Positions 26,461 through 40,500 of a stretch of DNA of 64,000 nucleotides are shown piece by piece. Where the stretch lies: NCBI RefSeq assembly GCF_000143415.4, contig NW_003314363.1, forward strand, positions 248,001 to 312,000, read 5' to 3'. The notes under the pieces were generated by a model, which had not been told where the DNA came from, ran no database searches, and saw nothing but the letters and a program-made list of their open reading frames with translations. The translations under genes were made by a program, and so were the position numbers. How positions within the stretch are numbered: position 1 is the stretch's first letter; each line of letters opens with the position of its first letter. The stretch comes from Selaginella moellendorffii (Eukaryota > Plantae > Lycopodiophyta).

Positions 26461-29400
26461 ATGCCAGGACTAGCATGCAAAACAGAGCCAAACGGAGTCT
26501 GGCGCTATTTTGGCATACCAGTGGCCTAACGTGAGGATATGGGTACTCCACCAACTAGCATGGAATGGAACTTGGGCTTAGACCCAAGCCGGACGCAGAA
26601 CAAGGATAGGCACGCAAGTAGGAGCTAGACTATGCCTTAGGTTGGTCAGCCATGCCCGACCTACCCACTACCACTATCCCTACTATACATTTGGAACCCC
26701 CCACAGCCCCCCCCCCGCTTGAGGAACACACGCTTTGGGCTTTCACCCCAAGCCTCCCTTAGTATCAAGAGTTAGTCTCTGGGACAAGCTCAAAACTTAC
26801 TAAATATGGAATGTCCTTAGATTGCGAATTTGAACATGGGACGAACACCATTGTGTTCAAGACAATCTCTACATTCCGTAGATATGCCAAATGAGCGAAT
26901 CTAGACACTTTCCATAAATAGCATTTGGGACCGAAATGAGACTAACACAAAGGGCATGATAGCAAGGGTGTTTAGCAAACACGGTAAGCTATCATGTAGC
27001 GATATTGAGGGACCAATCTTAATATGCGAAGGTTCTTGTCAAGCCAGTGCAAAACAGAGCAAAAGAGAACTAACAAGCCGGGCCAAGTATGCTCAGCTAA
27101 ATAGACACTTAGGAATTCCTTCCTTATGCTCATCTGGCCAAGTACAGATGCAAAGTCCAATTTACTAACACTTGAACAAGAGGGGCTAATAAAGGGAACC
27201 AACAATACTGACCTCCTGCCATCGTGGCAGTAAGGTAAGAGTGTCCGTAAGGACTAGTCGACAGGTAACTTTCGATACCTGAAGTCACATGCGCGACACT
27301 CTCCCCCCCTAGGGAAGATCGACGTCCTCGTCGATGCACACTCGAGTCTAGAATACCGCCAAGGAAACAACTCCAGAAAAAGTTCACGGTACTCACACTA
27401 TGTGAGAAATACACCAACTTAAATGAGTTAGGGATAACCTCTTTGTCTAACGCAGATGCGCTACCCACTTAGACACCTTCCGGCCGTCGCCGACAAGGAA
27501 ATGACCAACGGAGTCAGCCACCCCTACTGCTCTAGGAGTCACCCAGCTTACAAAAGTGTGATATGCCCCTGCTTGCAGGGACATAGAGAGAGAAGCCAGA
27601 GGCTGCAACCCTCCTGAGCAAAGAAACCAAACCCGTCGGTAAGGTTTAGATAGACTACTGTAAATAGGCAGTTAGAGTTGTTTACACGGTCACGCCCTTT
27701 CAACGAAATAAGGAACATCGACAGAGAGGTGGGTTATGTGACCAGTCGACAGTAGCTACCCCATGACTAGAGATTTCAACATGCATACGAAGTGCCGAAG
27801 CCAGTCTGCCTATACTGGCCCAAACTCAAAGATCAATAGATGGACAATATCAAAGTCATAGACAATGATATCTTAGAGTCTTAATTATCAGTGAATAAAT
27901 CTTAGATTAGAACACAAAAGTATTCCAAGTAATTTATCATCCGATAAACCAGTATTATAGTAGATAGGAACCACCAAGATCATCATAATTGGTAAACATA
28001 GGATTCACCATCAAACAAAATTCAATAGCAAGTATATCATCAAGTAAACTCAATGATAAAGTTTAACTATTAAAGATTGCAGACAGAATGCCAAACAACT
28101 TACAAAAGATAACTCAAAGAACACAAAATATCATTGACTAACAAGCAAAATGTTCGCAAATGTATCACCCAAAGGAAATAACATCCAAATCTATCAAAAC
28201 TAACTCAAGCAACAATCATCAAAAGAGAATGAATGTGGTAAGACCAACAAACACTCATTCCTACCAACTATCACAAAAGCCAATCTGAATAAATCCCAAC
28301 CAACAATACCAAGGAACTCAAGTTGCCTAAGCAAGTGTCAGCAACATTCTACCGATGTCTCAAACCCAAGAGACCAATCCAGAGCAAACCACAAAGAACA
28401 TGTGGTATTGCAAAAAGCTAAAAGCCATCAAAGAGAATAACGAACCATCATGAAAGATCAGCAATCATCCCATCAAAAAGAAATATGCATAATCATCATC
28501 AAAGAAGGAATCCACTACCCTGAAGAATAGCGAATCATTCTATATCAATAACGATCAAGCAAAACTTTTTGATAAGGATAATCAACTATCCTAGATGATA
28601 GTCAATCATCACCAATGATTGCCATATGCAAATACTAACTTCAACATTGAAGCTAATGAGCCAAAATGCTTTCCCCAACAACTTCTAGCAAATGGAACAA
28701 TGAGCATAAACTCAAAGAACCAAAAGCTCAAAGAAGTTTATAGCCAAGTCATACCTAGTAATGACCATGAGTCTCGCATGAACTAACTTCAATGCTAAGA
28801 AGAAATCATGGTGCAACCCACAATATTTTCCTTAACACATCCATAAGCTAAACTTCATAATGCAAAGCTAATGAAGAGCATGTCTACATCAATCCAAAAG
28901 CTAAGCATAACAAAGCTATGTTTGACAAGTGATCACCAAACGATCCTCCATGAATCCATCTATAGCTAGATGTAACTCACTTCATAACAAGCACAAGAAG
29001 AATCATCAATGATCGATATATTTCAACTAAAATCCCATAAGGATTCAAATTTTCCATTATCGATCACTAACTCTCCCACTTGTAGAGTTAGCATAGTCCA
29101 TGACTGAATCACTTTTCAAGGAAAAGCCAAAGCTCAACCCCTACTAAATAATTTTGTTTAGAACACAACTAACTCAACTTGCCACTCAGTTCATTTGAAC
29201 GTCAATATAGTTGCTAATTAACAAATGCACGAATGCCAATAACACAAAGATACAATTGAATCATCAACACTATTTGCATCGAGACTAATGAAACTCAATG
29301 TCAATCCTACGGATAGACACCTCATCTCACTCGAATCTCAACATTAATAATGTCAATGACAAGGCATCACTTCAATGCCATCAACACTAAAACAAAGCTA

Positions 29401-32400
29401 GAAGAAAGCACAAGTGTATCACCACTCAAAACTCTCTAGCAACCAAGCTAACCAAGGTCGAAGATACTTTAGTTAGTATCCGAGACCAATCCTTCAACAT
29501 TACTCAGGTACATATAACACTTCCTCAAGGAGTGAATCACCACGTTCAAAACTCAATGAAATCCAACACTATGAACTAAATGCAACCAAATGATATCAAC
29601 AGAGGTAGAGTCGACATGCTAACATGGAAAACCCATGTAAGTCTAACAACACGATCCTCCACAACACCATCCAGTGAAGCAAACCCATCATTGCTAAATC
29701 TTCATTGAGTGAAGCAAATGTCAAAATCTCTTGACAAAGTCTACAAGCAATCACTAGTTGCCAAGCAACTAACAACCACTTGTCAACTTGCCTTCACAAG
29801 ACCCGAACACTAAACTTGTGTCATCGAATTATATACTTGTTCAACATGAACGTAATACCCCAGATATGAGATAAAGGTTCATTAATAAGCACAAACTAAA
29901 TGATCACTCGAATCCAACTCAACCGCAATAAGCTCACTAATACATTTAGCCAACGGCTCTGAGCATGCCTTGAAGAGGCTAGCTATGCGTAATCAACACT
30001 TAGTCAAAACTAAAGTGAAGACTACAAGATGGACTCATATTAGTACACAACCTCCACTTAAACAAAGCTATAGTATGGGTACCAACATCTCAACTACAAA
30101 CAACTAAGTTGGACATCACCATCTTTAGCCAAGGTGCAGGGCCACCAAGACCAAGTCAAGATCAGTGAGAGCTCACTACTCTCATAGAGTCTAGCGAAAT
30201 GCAAAGTGCAACCTGCCACCAAACATAACGCTACAAAAGAAAGGCATATGGGTCACCTTTCTAGAAAAGTGCAACGGCCACTTTTCTACACTAACTCCAA
30301 ACTCTATCCAACTCAATTACCTTAGCCCCAAAAGTCAACATCCCTTTCAGGCTGCATCATACAAACTACCTACTAAGGTTTAAGCTAACCTAAGTCAACT
30401 CCAACCCTTTCACTAGTTTGTATTGGCATATGAAAACGGAATGGTTTTCGTACAAAGTGATAACAAATCAGCCATTGGAAAAGTCTAAGAAAATTTGTGA
30501 AAAATTTTCCATCCTAGAGAAAAAATGACTCTTAATCCAGGAATACAAACTTTTAAGACTCAACCAACTCCCTCCTACCAACAGCTTCACATTAGTTCAC
30601 TTCAACACAAATTCCCAAGACCCATAGCATGCTTAAGCATTGAACATCTTTTTGCCCATTCTTTCGACATCCAACTCCGACATCCGCAGAGTGCAAAATG
30701 AACATCTAAAGCTTGATCACGAAAACCACATCTTTCGATATTCACATTGCACTAACACTTTTCTTCAATCACCTTCAAGATCCAATGTGAAGCCAAAACA
30801 CTAATAAGAAAAATGACATGGAAAATCAAACTCTAAGGAAAATTCCTCATCACTCGAAATAATAATGCCATTTCCACTAACACAAGTGTTAGCGATGTCA
30901 ATGCCTCAACTACACACCTTCTCCATCCAATAATCTACTCCAAGTGCTAACGGAACAACCAATAAGGCATAGCAAGTGAATGCTATAACCCTTTTCAACA
31001 CCTTATGGACCAACTTTCAAGGAAACAAGGAACAAAGAACCAACTTAAGTTTAGCATAATGAACCACCATCGAGAATCTAGTCAAAGCTACTATAATGCT
31101 ACTTCGTGTAAGTAGACTAGCTTCTCCATCAACCACTTTGGGGTTGATCATCGTTTAACTAAACAACTTTGTAAACACATTGCTCATTATCACATGGATA
31201 TGATATAAGTATCACAATGATTTGATCATCAATTGAGCAACACTACGAGCAATGCCAATGTCATTACTTCAAAAGTTTATGTGACTATCAAGTGCAAACT
31301 CGATTCGACAAAATGCAACATAAATGCCACACTCCACCGATAGAGACTTACAACACCCAAAACCACTAACTTTTGTTCACAACACAAACAAGCTCATGCC
31401 ACTTTCTTTCCGACCAAACTCAAAACTAATCCAACACCAAGCTACTCAAGGAGCAATAACAAGGTTCCCCGGAAAAGAATTGAGCATTGCAACCCAAGTC
31501 TTCCAATAGCAAGCCTAGACAAAATGGTATAGCGCTTCACCGCTATCCATCCCACAACTCATCATTTGCAAGACCATCATAATCAACATGCATCAAGATA
31601 GGGACTCTTGATTGCATAATGTGAATACGAGCAATGAGTCAACACCTCATTGCAAATCATTTCTTTAAGAAAAGAAAATGATTTACGTGTTCGATCCTTC
31701 GTCCCCGATGACTCTCTTTTCGGTCTCATCTTTGACTAAACCTCAAGCTTGCTTTCGCACTGCCTTTAATCCAATCCAAGAAAGTTTATGAGAGAGCAAG
31801 GCAATGATTACTTGAACCAATAGACTAATCCCTATAATCTTAGTTGATCCACTTGTAATCATGCCTAGGAAGGATCTACTAATGCCTTGCTAAACAGCTA
31901 CGGACCAGCCTATTTGCCACTCATAGCAAACTCAGGGAAGGTTTACTTTCACCCACGGTACATGGAACAACTAACGGAACCACCGATAAGCTAACATTAA
32001 TTCTGCCAATTCAAAGTGTAACCTTGAGTTGCTAATGTGCCTCACTCATGAGCCCAAGCTCAAACTCGTGCGAACGGAACAACTCAATTCCATCCTATAA
32101 GCCCAAGAGCAAGCTCACATTATTAGGTACAAAAGGTAACCAAAACCATACCCAAGGAACAATTGCGAACCCTTTGCACCAAACGTGTACCCACTTGGAT
32201 CATCGTTTTCATCTCTGCGTATGCAACGAGATTAGCTGCCCAATCTCATTGTATAGTACTCGCTGAGACTCATCCTCTGATACCAAATGTAGCGCACGTG
32301 GTTTTGACCCTTTATCCTATGGTGATTTACCATAGGATAACACCATGAAGCGGAACCTAAACCCTCTTTGAGCCACGTGACAGATGCCATGTGTCCATGC

Positions 32401-33422
32401 CACGTGTCCATAGGAACCCGAGGTTCAAGGCCTTGGGCCACTGAACGAAGGAACGGTGCCAAACTCCCAAGCATGATGCCATGGAGTGATGGAACCGAAC
32501 CATGGAGCAACTCCCGAGCATAAAGCCCAAGGAGCAAAGGGACAGGAGCCCGGAGTGACTTGGAACAATCCTAGAGTAACTAGCATCCCAATGCCAGGAC
32601 TAGCACGCAAAACGGAGCCAAACGGAGTCTGGCGCTATTTCGGCATACCGGTGGCCTAACGTGAGGATATGGGTACTCCACCAACTAGCATGGAATGGAA
32701 CTTGGGCTTAGGCCCAAGGTGGACGCAGAACAAGGATAGGCACGCAAGCAGGAGCTAGACTATGCCTCAGATTGGTCGGCCATACCTACCCACTATCCCT
32801 ACTATACATTTGGAACCCCCCACATCCCCCCCCCCCCCCCTCTTGAGGAACACACGCTTTGGGCTTTCACCCCAAGCCTCCCTTAGTATCAAGAGTTAGT
32901 CTCTGGGACAAGCTCGAAACTTACTAAATATGGAATGTCCTTAGATTGTGAATTTGGACATAGGACGAACACCATTGTGTTCAGGACAATCTCTACATTC
33001 CGTAGATATGCCAAATGAGCGAATCTAGACACTTTCCATAAATAGCATTTGGGACCGAAATGAGACTAACACAAAGGGCATGATAGCAAGGGTGTTTGGC
33101 AAACACGGTAAGCTATCATGTAGCGATATTGAGGGACCAATCTCAATATGCGAGGGTTCTTGTCAAGCTAATGCAAGACAGAGCAAAAGAGAACTAACAA
33201 GCCGGGCGAAGTATGCTCAACTAAATAGACACTTAGGAATTCCTTCCTTATGCTCATCCGGCCAAGTACAGATGCAAAGTCCAGTTTACTAACACTTGAA
33301 CAAGAGGGGCTAATAAAGGGAACCAGCAATACTGACCTCCTGCCATCGTGGCAGTAAGGTAAGAGTGTCCGTAAAGACTAGTCGACAGGTAACTTTCGAT
33401 ACCCGAAGTCACATACGCAACA
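26461..33422 (-). mobile_element. Non-autonomous family-B LTR retrotransposon; truncated 3' LTR 26461-27298, 5' LTR 32288-33422
   Basis: LTRs are highly similar over ~830 bp. PPT AGGGGGGGAGAG (27299-27310) and PBS TGGTATCAGAG (32275-32285). The 5-kb interior has no long ORF, only faint pol-like traces. Left TSD lost. Confidence 0.9.
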
Positions 33423-34290
33423 TCACCAAACCACTCATCAAACTCCTAAAGAAGAATCAAGTCTAGAAATGGACTCAAGAATATTATGAAGCTTTTAGCA
33501 CACTCAAGAATTCAAGCTCTAATACTTGCTCAACAAAACTGGAGAAAGGACTTTAACATTCAAGTCAATGCCTCCGACTATACAATTGAAGCAATTCTTT
33601 CACAACGATAAAAAGACCATAAAAATTGACCAATATATTACACCAATTGAAGACTCAATTCAACTGAGATGAACTACACCACTACAGAAAAAAGAAGCTC
33701 TTGGAATGGTCTACACACTCCAAAAGTTTCGACATTACCTCATTGGCAACAAAGTAAAGATCATAATTGACCATAAAGCGTTTCTACACTTTCTTAATAA
33801 AACCATCCTCATAAACAAAATTGTCTAATAGTTCTTACTCCAAGAATATAACTTCAAGATCATCTACAAACCTAGCAAACACCATAAACAAGCTAACCAC
33901 CTTAGCTGTATTATAACATTGATAACTTCCCCAACTCCACTATCTTGTAAGTCTATACTTCACTAATCTGGATATATGACATCTACCACTACCTGACAAC
34001 AATAAAGATACCAAACCAGTACACTACAAGCTATTTGTCTTGAGGACAAGATCATATTAAATCGTAAAAGAAAGACTATACAAGAAAGGACAAGACAACA
34101 TATTGCGAAGATGTGTATAGTCTGAAAAAACTCAAGATTTACTTAAAGAAGCTCACAGTGGATAAGTAGGAGATTTTGCAAAGAAAATCATAATCTGGAA
34201 GATTTTACAAGCTAGACTTTGGTGGCGAACACTCTAGAATGATGCAGCAAAATTTTCTCAAGAATACAACATTTGTCAAAAAACCAAGTA
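33423..34290 (+). pseudogene. Element D 3' part: degenerate RT connection, RNase H and integrase zinc-binding region
   Basis: TKPLIKLLKKNQV*KWT; QVNASDYTIEAILS; EMNYTTTE; QKFRHYLIGNKVKIIIDHKA; LLQEYNFKIIYKPSKHHKQANHLS; LKEAHSG...WW. Confidence 0.85.
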
Positions 34291-34294
34291 TATG

Positions 34295-35129
34295 CTGAAA
34301 AAGCAGAATCCAAGTCCAAGTCCGAGGGTGAAAGCCTAAAGCAATTGTCTCCTAGACCCTTAGGGGTTTGGTAAACTCCAAAGTATAGTAGGGGAAAACT
34401 CTAGTGGAGCCAATTTAGCTAAAAAAGGCCAATGTGACCAAAGAAGGCTATACTCACGTGGTGGGTGATGATATAATCATTAAGGAGTTCAAGGCTAGAG
34501 TGAACACAGAAGGATGAATAAGGTAACTTGGTGAAGTGTTCAAAAGTGGACTTTAGCTCCCTTAGGAGATTAAATGGTCGATACTCCCAATCCAAATATG
34601 GGTGGCACTGAGTTTTGGGATGACCAATTTTAGATGGATGGCCCAATCTTTGGGAGATAGAACTATGATGTAGATGGTCTTGAACTACTAATGTGACAAG
34701 GGTGAATGAACATGGCTTTAGCATAATGGGCTGATAGGTTAGTAATACCTTTAAGGTGTCTATCCATGAATCGGACACTTGGAGCACTTGGACTAAATAC
34801 AAAGGCTAAGTGGCATAGATGCCATTCACGGGGGTAGTATGTCCCCAAGTCCGGAATAGGACTTATGGAGGTTGTGAGTGAAACTCCTTCAAATGATCAA
34901 AGGTGTGGTTAAGTAACTAAAGTAAAATGAAAAATTTAGTCGCTTACATTTATCTCAACTCGATCTTAAACTCTATCTTGGACTCCTCTCGGACTCCATC
35001 TCAGACTCCATTTCGGACTCCTTCTCGGACTCGGTCCTAACACTTTTACATATCACAGCACTTCTTGTGTTCCTTTCTAGAGACTTATTCTTTGATTGTT
35101 TCATACTCATTATTCAAGTATTTCGTTTA
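34295..35129. mobile_element. Diverged, internally rearranged family-A LTR: one half inverted (~34295-34948), the minisatellite half direct (~34950-35129)
   Basis: 34948 ends ...aaatttagtcgcttaca, the reverse complement of the A LTR start. 34950-35035 carries ggactccatctc units in the same orientation as 5691-6189. Confidence 0.75.
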
Positions 35130-35685
35130 TGTTGCAATTATGACTTTGGGTACCTGTCGACTATGCCTTTTGGATATTCTTTCTTTACTGCCACAACAGT
35201 AAGAGGTTGATATTGCTAAACCTTTTATCAGTCCTTTTTTTTCAAATGTTAATAAACTTGACTTTGCATTTATACTTGGCTAGATGAGCATAAGTAAAGA
35301 ATTCCTAAGTGTTTATTTAGCCAAGTATACTTGGCCTAGCTTATTAGTTCCTTTTTGCTTTATCATGCACTGGCTTAACAAAAACCCCGTGATATTGAGA
35401 TTGGTCCCTTAGTATTTACTAAATGATAACTTATTTGTCTACCAAACACCCTCACTATCATGCCTTTTGTATTAGTCCCATTTGATCTCAATTACTATTT
35501 ATGGAAAGTGTTTAGATTTGTTAATTTGGCATATTTATGGAATGTAGAGATTGTCCTGAACACAATCGTGTTGGTCCCACATCCAAATTCACAATCTAGT
35601 GCCATTCTATATTTAGTAAGTTTTAAGTTTATCCCAGAGACTAAGTCCTAGTACAAAGGATGAAAGCCCAAAGTGTGCATTCCAC
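35130..35685 (+). mobile_element. Family-B LTR fragment in + orientation
   Basis: Starts tgttgcaattatgac and is the reverse complement of the terminal ~550 bp of B LTRs. Confidence 0.75.
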
Positions 35686-37562
35686 TCGATCATGAAGACC
35701 ATATCTTCAGATATTTATATTGCATTAACACTCTTCTTCAATCATTTTGAACATCTATTATAAAGCCAAAACACTAAAAAAAAAAATGATATGGAAAATC
35801 AAATTTTAAGGAAAACTCCTCATCACTCATCATAATACCACTTCTACTAACACAAATGCTAATAATATCAATGTCTTAGCTATACACCTTTTTCATCCAA
35901 CAATCTACTCTAACTATTAACTGATAAAATAATAAGTTATAGAAAATAAATACTACAACTTTTCCATCACTTAATAGGCAAACTCTCAAGAAACTAAGGT
36001 ATATCACTAGTTTATTTTAATAGATCAGTTTTAAAGAATTTAGTCAAAGTTATTACAATGTTACTATGTGCAAGTAAACTAGCATCATCATCAACAACCT
36101 TGGGATTGATCATCATTTAACCAAGAAGCTTCATAAACACATTGCTCATGATCACTAGGATATGATATAAAAATTAAAATAACTTGATCATCAATCAAAC
36201 AATACCATAAGTAACGCCTATGTCACTATTACAAAGAAAGGATAAATTAGTGTTGTGCTAAATAGTTATAGACCAATCTATTCACCACTCATAGAAAATC
36301 TATAGGAGGTTTATTTTTACCCACGGTAATTAGAACAACTCATGGTAACCACTGATAGGTTAATATTAATCCTGTTAGCTCAAAGTGTAATCTTAAGTTG
36401 CAAATATGCCTTAGTCATGAGCCCAAGCATAAACTCATGCAAATAGAACATTTCACATCCATCCTATAAGCCCAAGCAAAAGCTCATACAACCTAATATA
36501 TAAAGGTAACCAAAATCCATACCCAATTGAAACCATAACAATTAAATATATACCCATTCGGATCATTGTTTTCATCTTTATATATGCAATGAAATTAGTT
36601 GCCCCATCTCATTGGATAATACTTGTTGAGATTCATCCTTTGATACCAAATGTAAAGTATATGGTTTTCATTCTTTATCCTATGGTGATTTATTATAGGA
36701 TAACTATGAAAGAGAACCTAAACCCCCAAGTTTTAAGCCCTTCGGCGAATGAAGGGACAGAGTTAAACTTACATCCAAGGAGTAAAGAAACCGGAGTATA
36801 TAATGACTTATGAATGTTTAGTTCAAGAAACGAAACAACAACAGTATAGAGAAACATAGGAATAATCCTAGAGCATTGTAGTCCTAACTTTTTCCAACTG
36901 CTCTCTACTAACGCACACAGAAAACTCCAGGAAAACTCAACGTCATCTTTCATTCCAACTACTGAACTGGATACATCGGGATGTTTGCCACTAAATCAGC
37001 GGCCTCAGGTGCCAAGAGCTCCTCTAGGACTTCACGCATCAGACGATACCAAACTTGGCCGCAAGTGGGGCAATGCGTGAGAATCTGTTGATCAGGCTGG
37101 ACATGCATGCGCTCCACCGCTCTTCTCACCCTGTGCTTCCTCGTGATCCGATCTGCTGTGGGGTTGCGACGCACAGGACCAGACTGCTGACCGTCTCGCA
37201 CCATCTCCAAAACGCTGTCAAAACTTCCTCCAAGCAACCGTTTTTTCCCCGGCAAGAATCCGGCCTTAACTCCCTCCTGCAGAATATTCCCTTCATATCC
37301 AGGATATCCCTGGCATCCCTCCTAATCTAGCCCTAACTTTATTCTTGGGGTTATCCCACATCCGGAATATTCCGATAACACCAATCTTCTGGAACACACC
37401 TCGTAGTACCTGCAAACTTCTCGCATCTCCGGCTCATAACTCGGAAATTTCCTGCTGCAACTCTTCGCTCACATCTTCTGGAACAAGTTAGTGGGATGAC
37501 ACCACTCCACCTCGAATCCAGCTCCAGCCCCTGGAGCTGCTCTCACCACTCTCCACCCGTCT

Positions 37563-40500
37563 TCACTGCTGATCCGCTTGTCTAGTATAGTACCTCCTCA
37601 ATCGAAAACCATTTACCTTCGTTGGCAACGGGTTTCCTGCCAAATCTTCCAGCTGAACGACACCTTTTGCACTCACCTCCATCACCCGGTATGGTCCCAG
37701 CCACCTCATCTTCAGCTTCCCTGGGTGCTTCCAGAACTTGGAGTCGTAGAGAAGAACCAGATCCCCCTTCGTAAACTCTCGCTTCCGCAGGTTCTTATCA
37801 TGCCAGGCTTTCCTCCGAGCTTGAATCACCCTTCTGTTCTGGTAAGAAACTAACCGATCCTCATCCAAGACATCCAGCTCCTTCACTCGCTTCTCCAAAC
37901 TTCCCTGCCAATCCATATCATGCTCCACCGCTGTGCGAAGCGCCGGTAGCTCCAGCTCAATCGGCAACACAGCCTCCTGTCCATAAACTAGCTGGAATGG
38001 TGAAAACTTAGTGGTTACCTTGAATGCAACTCGGTAAGCCCACACTGCATCCTGGATCCGCTTGTCCCAGTCCCCTCTAGTCGCTGAGCATGTTTTGGTC
38101 ACCACTCGGCACAAGGTTCCATTGGTGCGCTCAACTTGGCCGTTGCATCTCGGGTAGTAAGGCGTCGACTTGGAATGATACACGTCGTAGACCGTCGTCA
38201 AAGCCTCCACCACTTCGTTAAGAAAGTGCGTTCCCCGGTCACTGACGAGCTCCAGGGGGCAACCGAATCTCGTGATCACCTGCTCGTACAGGAACTCCGC
38301 CACCTTCCTGCCGGTGTCTTCCCGCAACGGCTTCACCTCCACCCACTTCGTCACGTAATCTGTACAGACCACCACGTACTTACAGCCTGTTCGCCGAGCT
38401 GGTGGAAACGGGCCACAAAAATCTATGCCCCACTTCTCAAATGCCATCACCGGTACTATTGGCTGTAGCGGCAAATAACTCCTCCTGTCCGGCTTTCCAG
38501 CTCTCTGGCACTGGTCACAAGTCTTCACGTACTCCAGCACATCCTTCCGGAGAGTAGGCCACCAGTAGCCAGCTCTCTGTATCAGCTCCGCAGTATTCGC
38601 TGCATGAAAATGGCCACCCACGGCCGAGTCATGGCACTCCCGCAGCAACCTGGGAACTTCTTCTGGTAGAACGCATCGTCGCAGCACCCCATCTCGTCCC
38701 ACTCTGTACAGGTGCTCAGCCACCACTGTAAACAACCGGCTTTGAAGCAGCAGTCTTCTTCTCTCGCTCTTGGTCAACTCAGGTGGATAAACTCCAGTGC
38801 TCATGAACTCCATCATCTCCTCATACCAACCCGGCAAGAGCTCAATCTTGTACACTGTCGCATCCGGAAACTCGTCTTCCACTCCCGCTGAACTTTCCAC
38901 TGCTGGTAACCTCGACAAGTGATCCGGCATGCTATGGCTTTTTCCCGGCTTCAAAACAATTCGGAACTCAAACTCCTGAAGAAGCAGTAGCCAGCGCATG
39001 ATCTTGCCCGTCTTACAAGGTTTACTGATCAGGTACTTGAGAGCTTGATGATCAAGGTAGAAGACAAACTCACGTCCCAGCAGGTAGTGCCGATACTGCT
39101 GGATCGTATAAATCATTCCCAGTCCCTCTCTCTCTGTTGCCGAGTAGTTTCTCTCCGCCAGATTGAGCTGACGACTGCTGAAGCAGACTGGGTGATCCCA
39201 ATTCTCGTGAGGTTGACACAGAACCGCACCGATCGCCACTCCAGAGGTGTCCACATGCACATGAAACTCCACTTCCCAATCTGGCATTCGCAGAATCGGG
39301 GCCTGAACCAGCGCTCTTTTTAGCTCCTCAAACGCCTGCTGGCACTTCTCGCTCCAAGCAAACTCCACACCTTTCTTGAGCAGGCATGTGAGAGCTTGAG
39401 CTTTATCGGCAAACCCTCGGATGAACCTGCGATGGTACCCCACATGCCCGAGGAATCCTTGCAGCTCTTTCACCGAACTCGGAGCTCGTAACTTCTCAAT
39501 CACCGCAACCTTTCCCGGATCCACCGCCATTCCTTCCCTGGAAACTATCCTTCCCAAAAGTATTCCGTGTGTAACCCCAAGTTGACACTTGTAAGGGTTC
39601 AAAGACATGCCGAATTCTCTGCACCTCACGAAACACTTCTCCAGTGAATTGACATGATCCTCCTCAGCTCCAAACACGCTAAAGTCATCCAAGAAGACCT
39701 CCATGCTTGTTCGCATGTACGGCTGGAAAGCTGCAGTCACTGCTCGCTGAAAAGTGGCAGGGGCGTTACATAGGCCGAATGGCATGACCCGGTACGCATA
39801 GCAGCCCCACTCTGTGACGAACGCTGTCTTCAACTGATCCTCCTCCGCTATCACCACCTGATTGTAACCGCTGAACCCGTCGAGAAACGAGTAGAGCTCG
39901 TGCCCGGCCACAGCATCCAACACCACATCAGTAAAAGGCAGCGGAAATCCATCCTTCACAGTCGCCTCGTTGAGCTTGCGGAAATCCACGCACACTCGCA
40001 GTTGCCCGGTTTTCTTGAGCACTACTACAATCGGGGAAAGCCATTCGCTCCACTCCACCTCGAAAATGAACCCAGCCTGGAGCAACTTCTCGAGCTCTTC
40101 TTTCACCTGCTTCGAGTAGTGAGGATTCATTCGGTAAGGCCTCTGCCTCACTGGCATTGCACCAGACTTCAGAGTGATCCGATGGCAAGCGAGCTTTGGA
40201 CTGATGCCCCGCATATCCTTGTAACTCCACGCAAATACATCAATGTATCTGCGGCAGAGTTGTATCACCAACTTCCTCAGCCTATTGGACAATGCTCTTC
40301 CGAGCTTCACAGGCTTCTCCTCCCCTGGCTCTCCGAGGTTCACCTCCTCCAGCTCTGGCTTGGTGACATACGTGCTGGCTCCAGTACCATCCACTTGAAT
40401 TGCAGGCACCTCGTTGATGGGCAATACGTCCTCTTTCTGGGCATCTGCGGTGAAGCGCATCGGAAAGCTCAAAGCTCCTCCCTCCTCTCGCTGATTGAGC

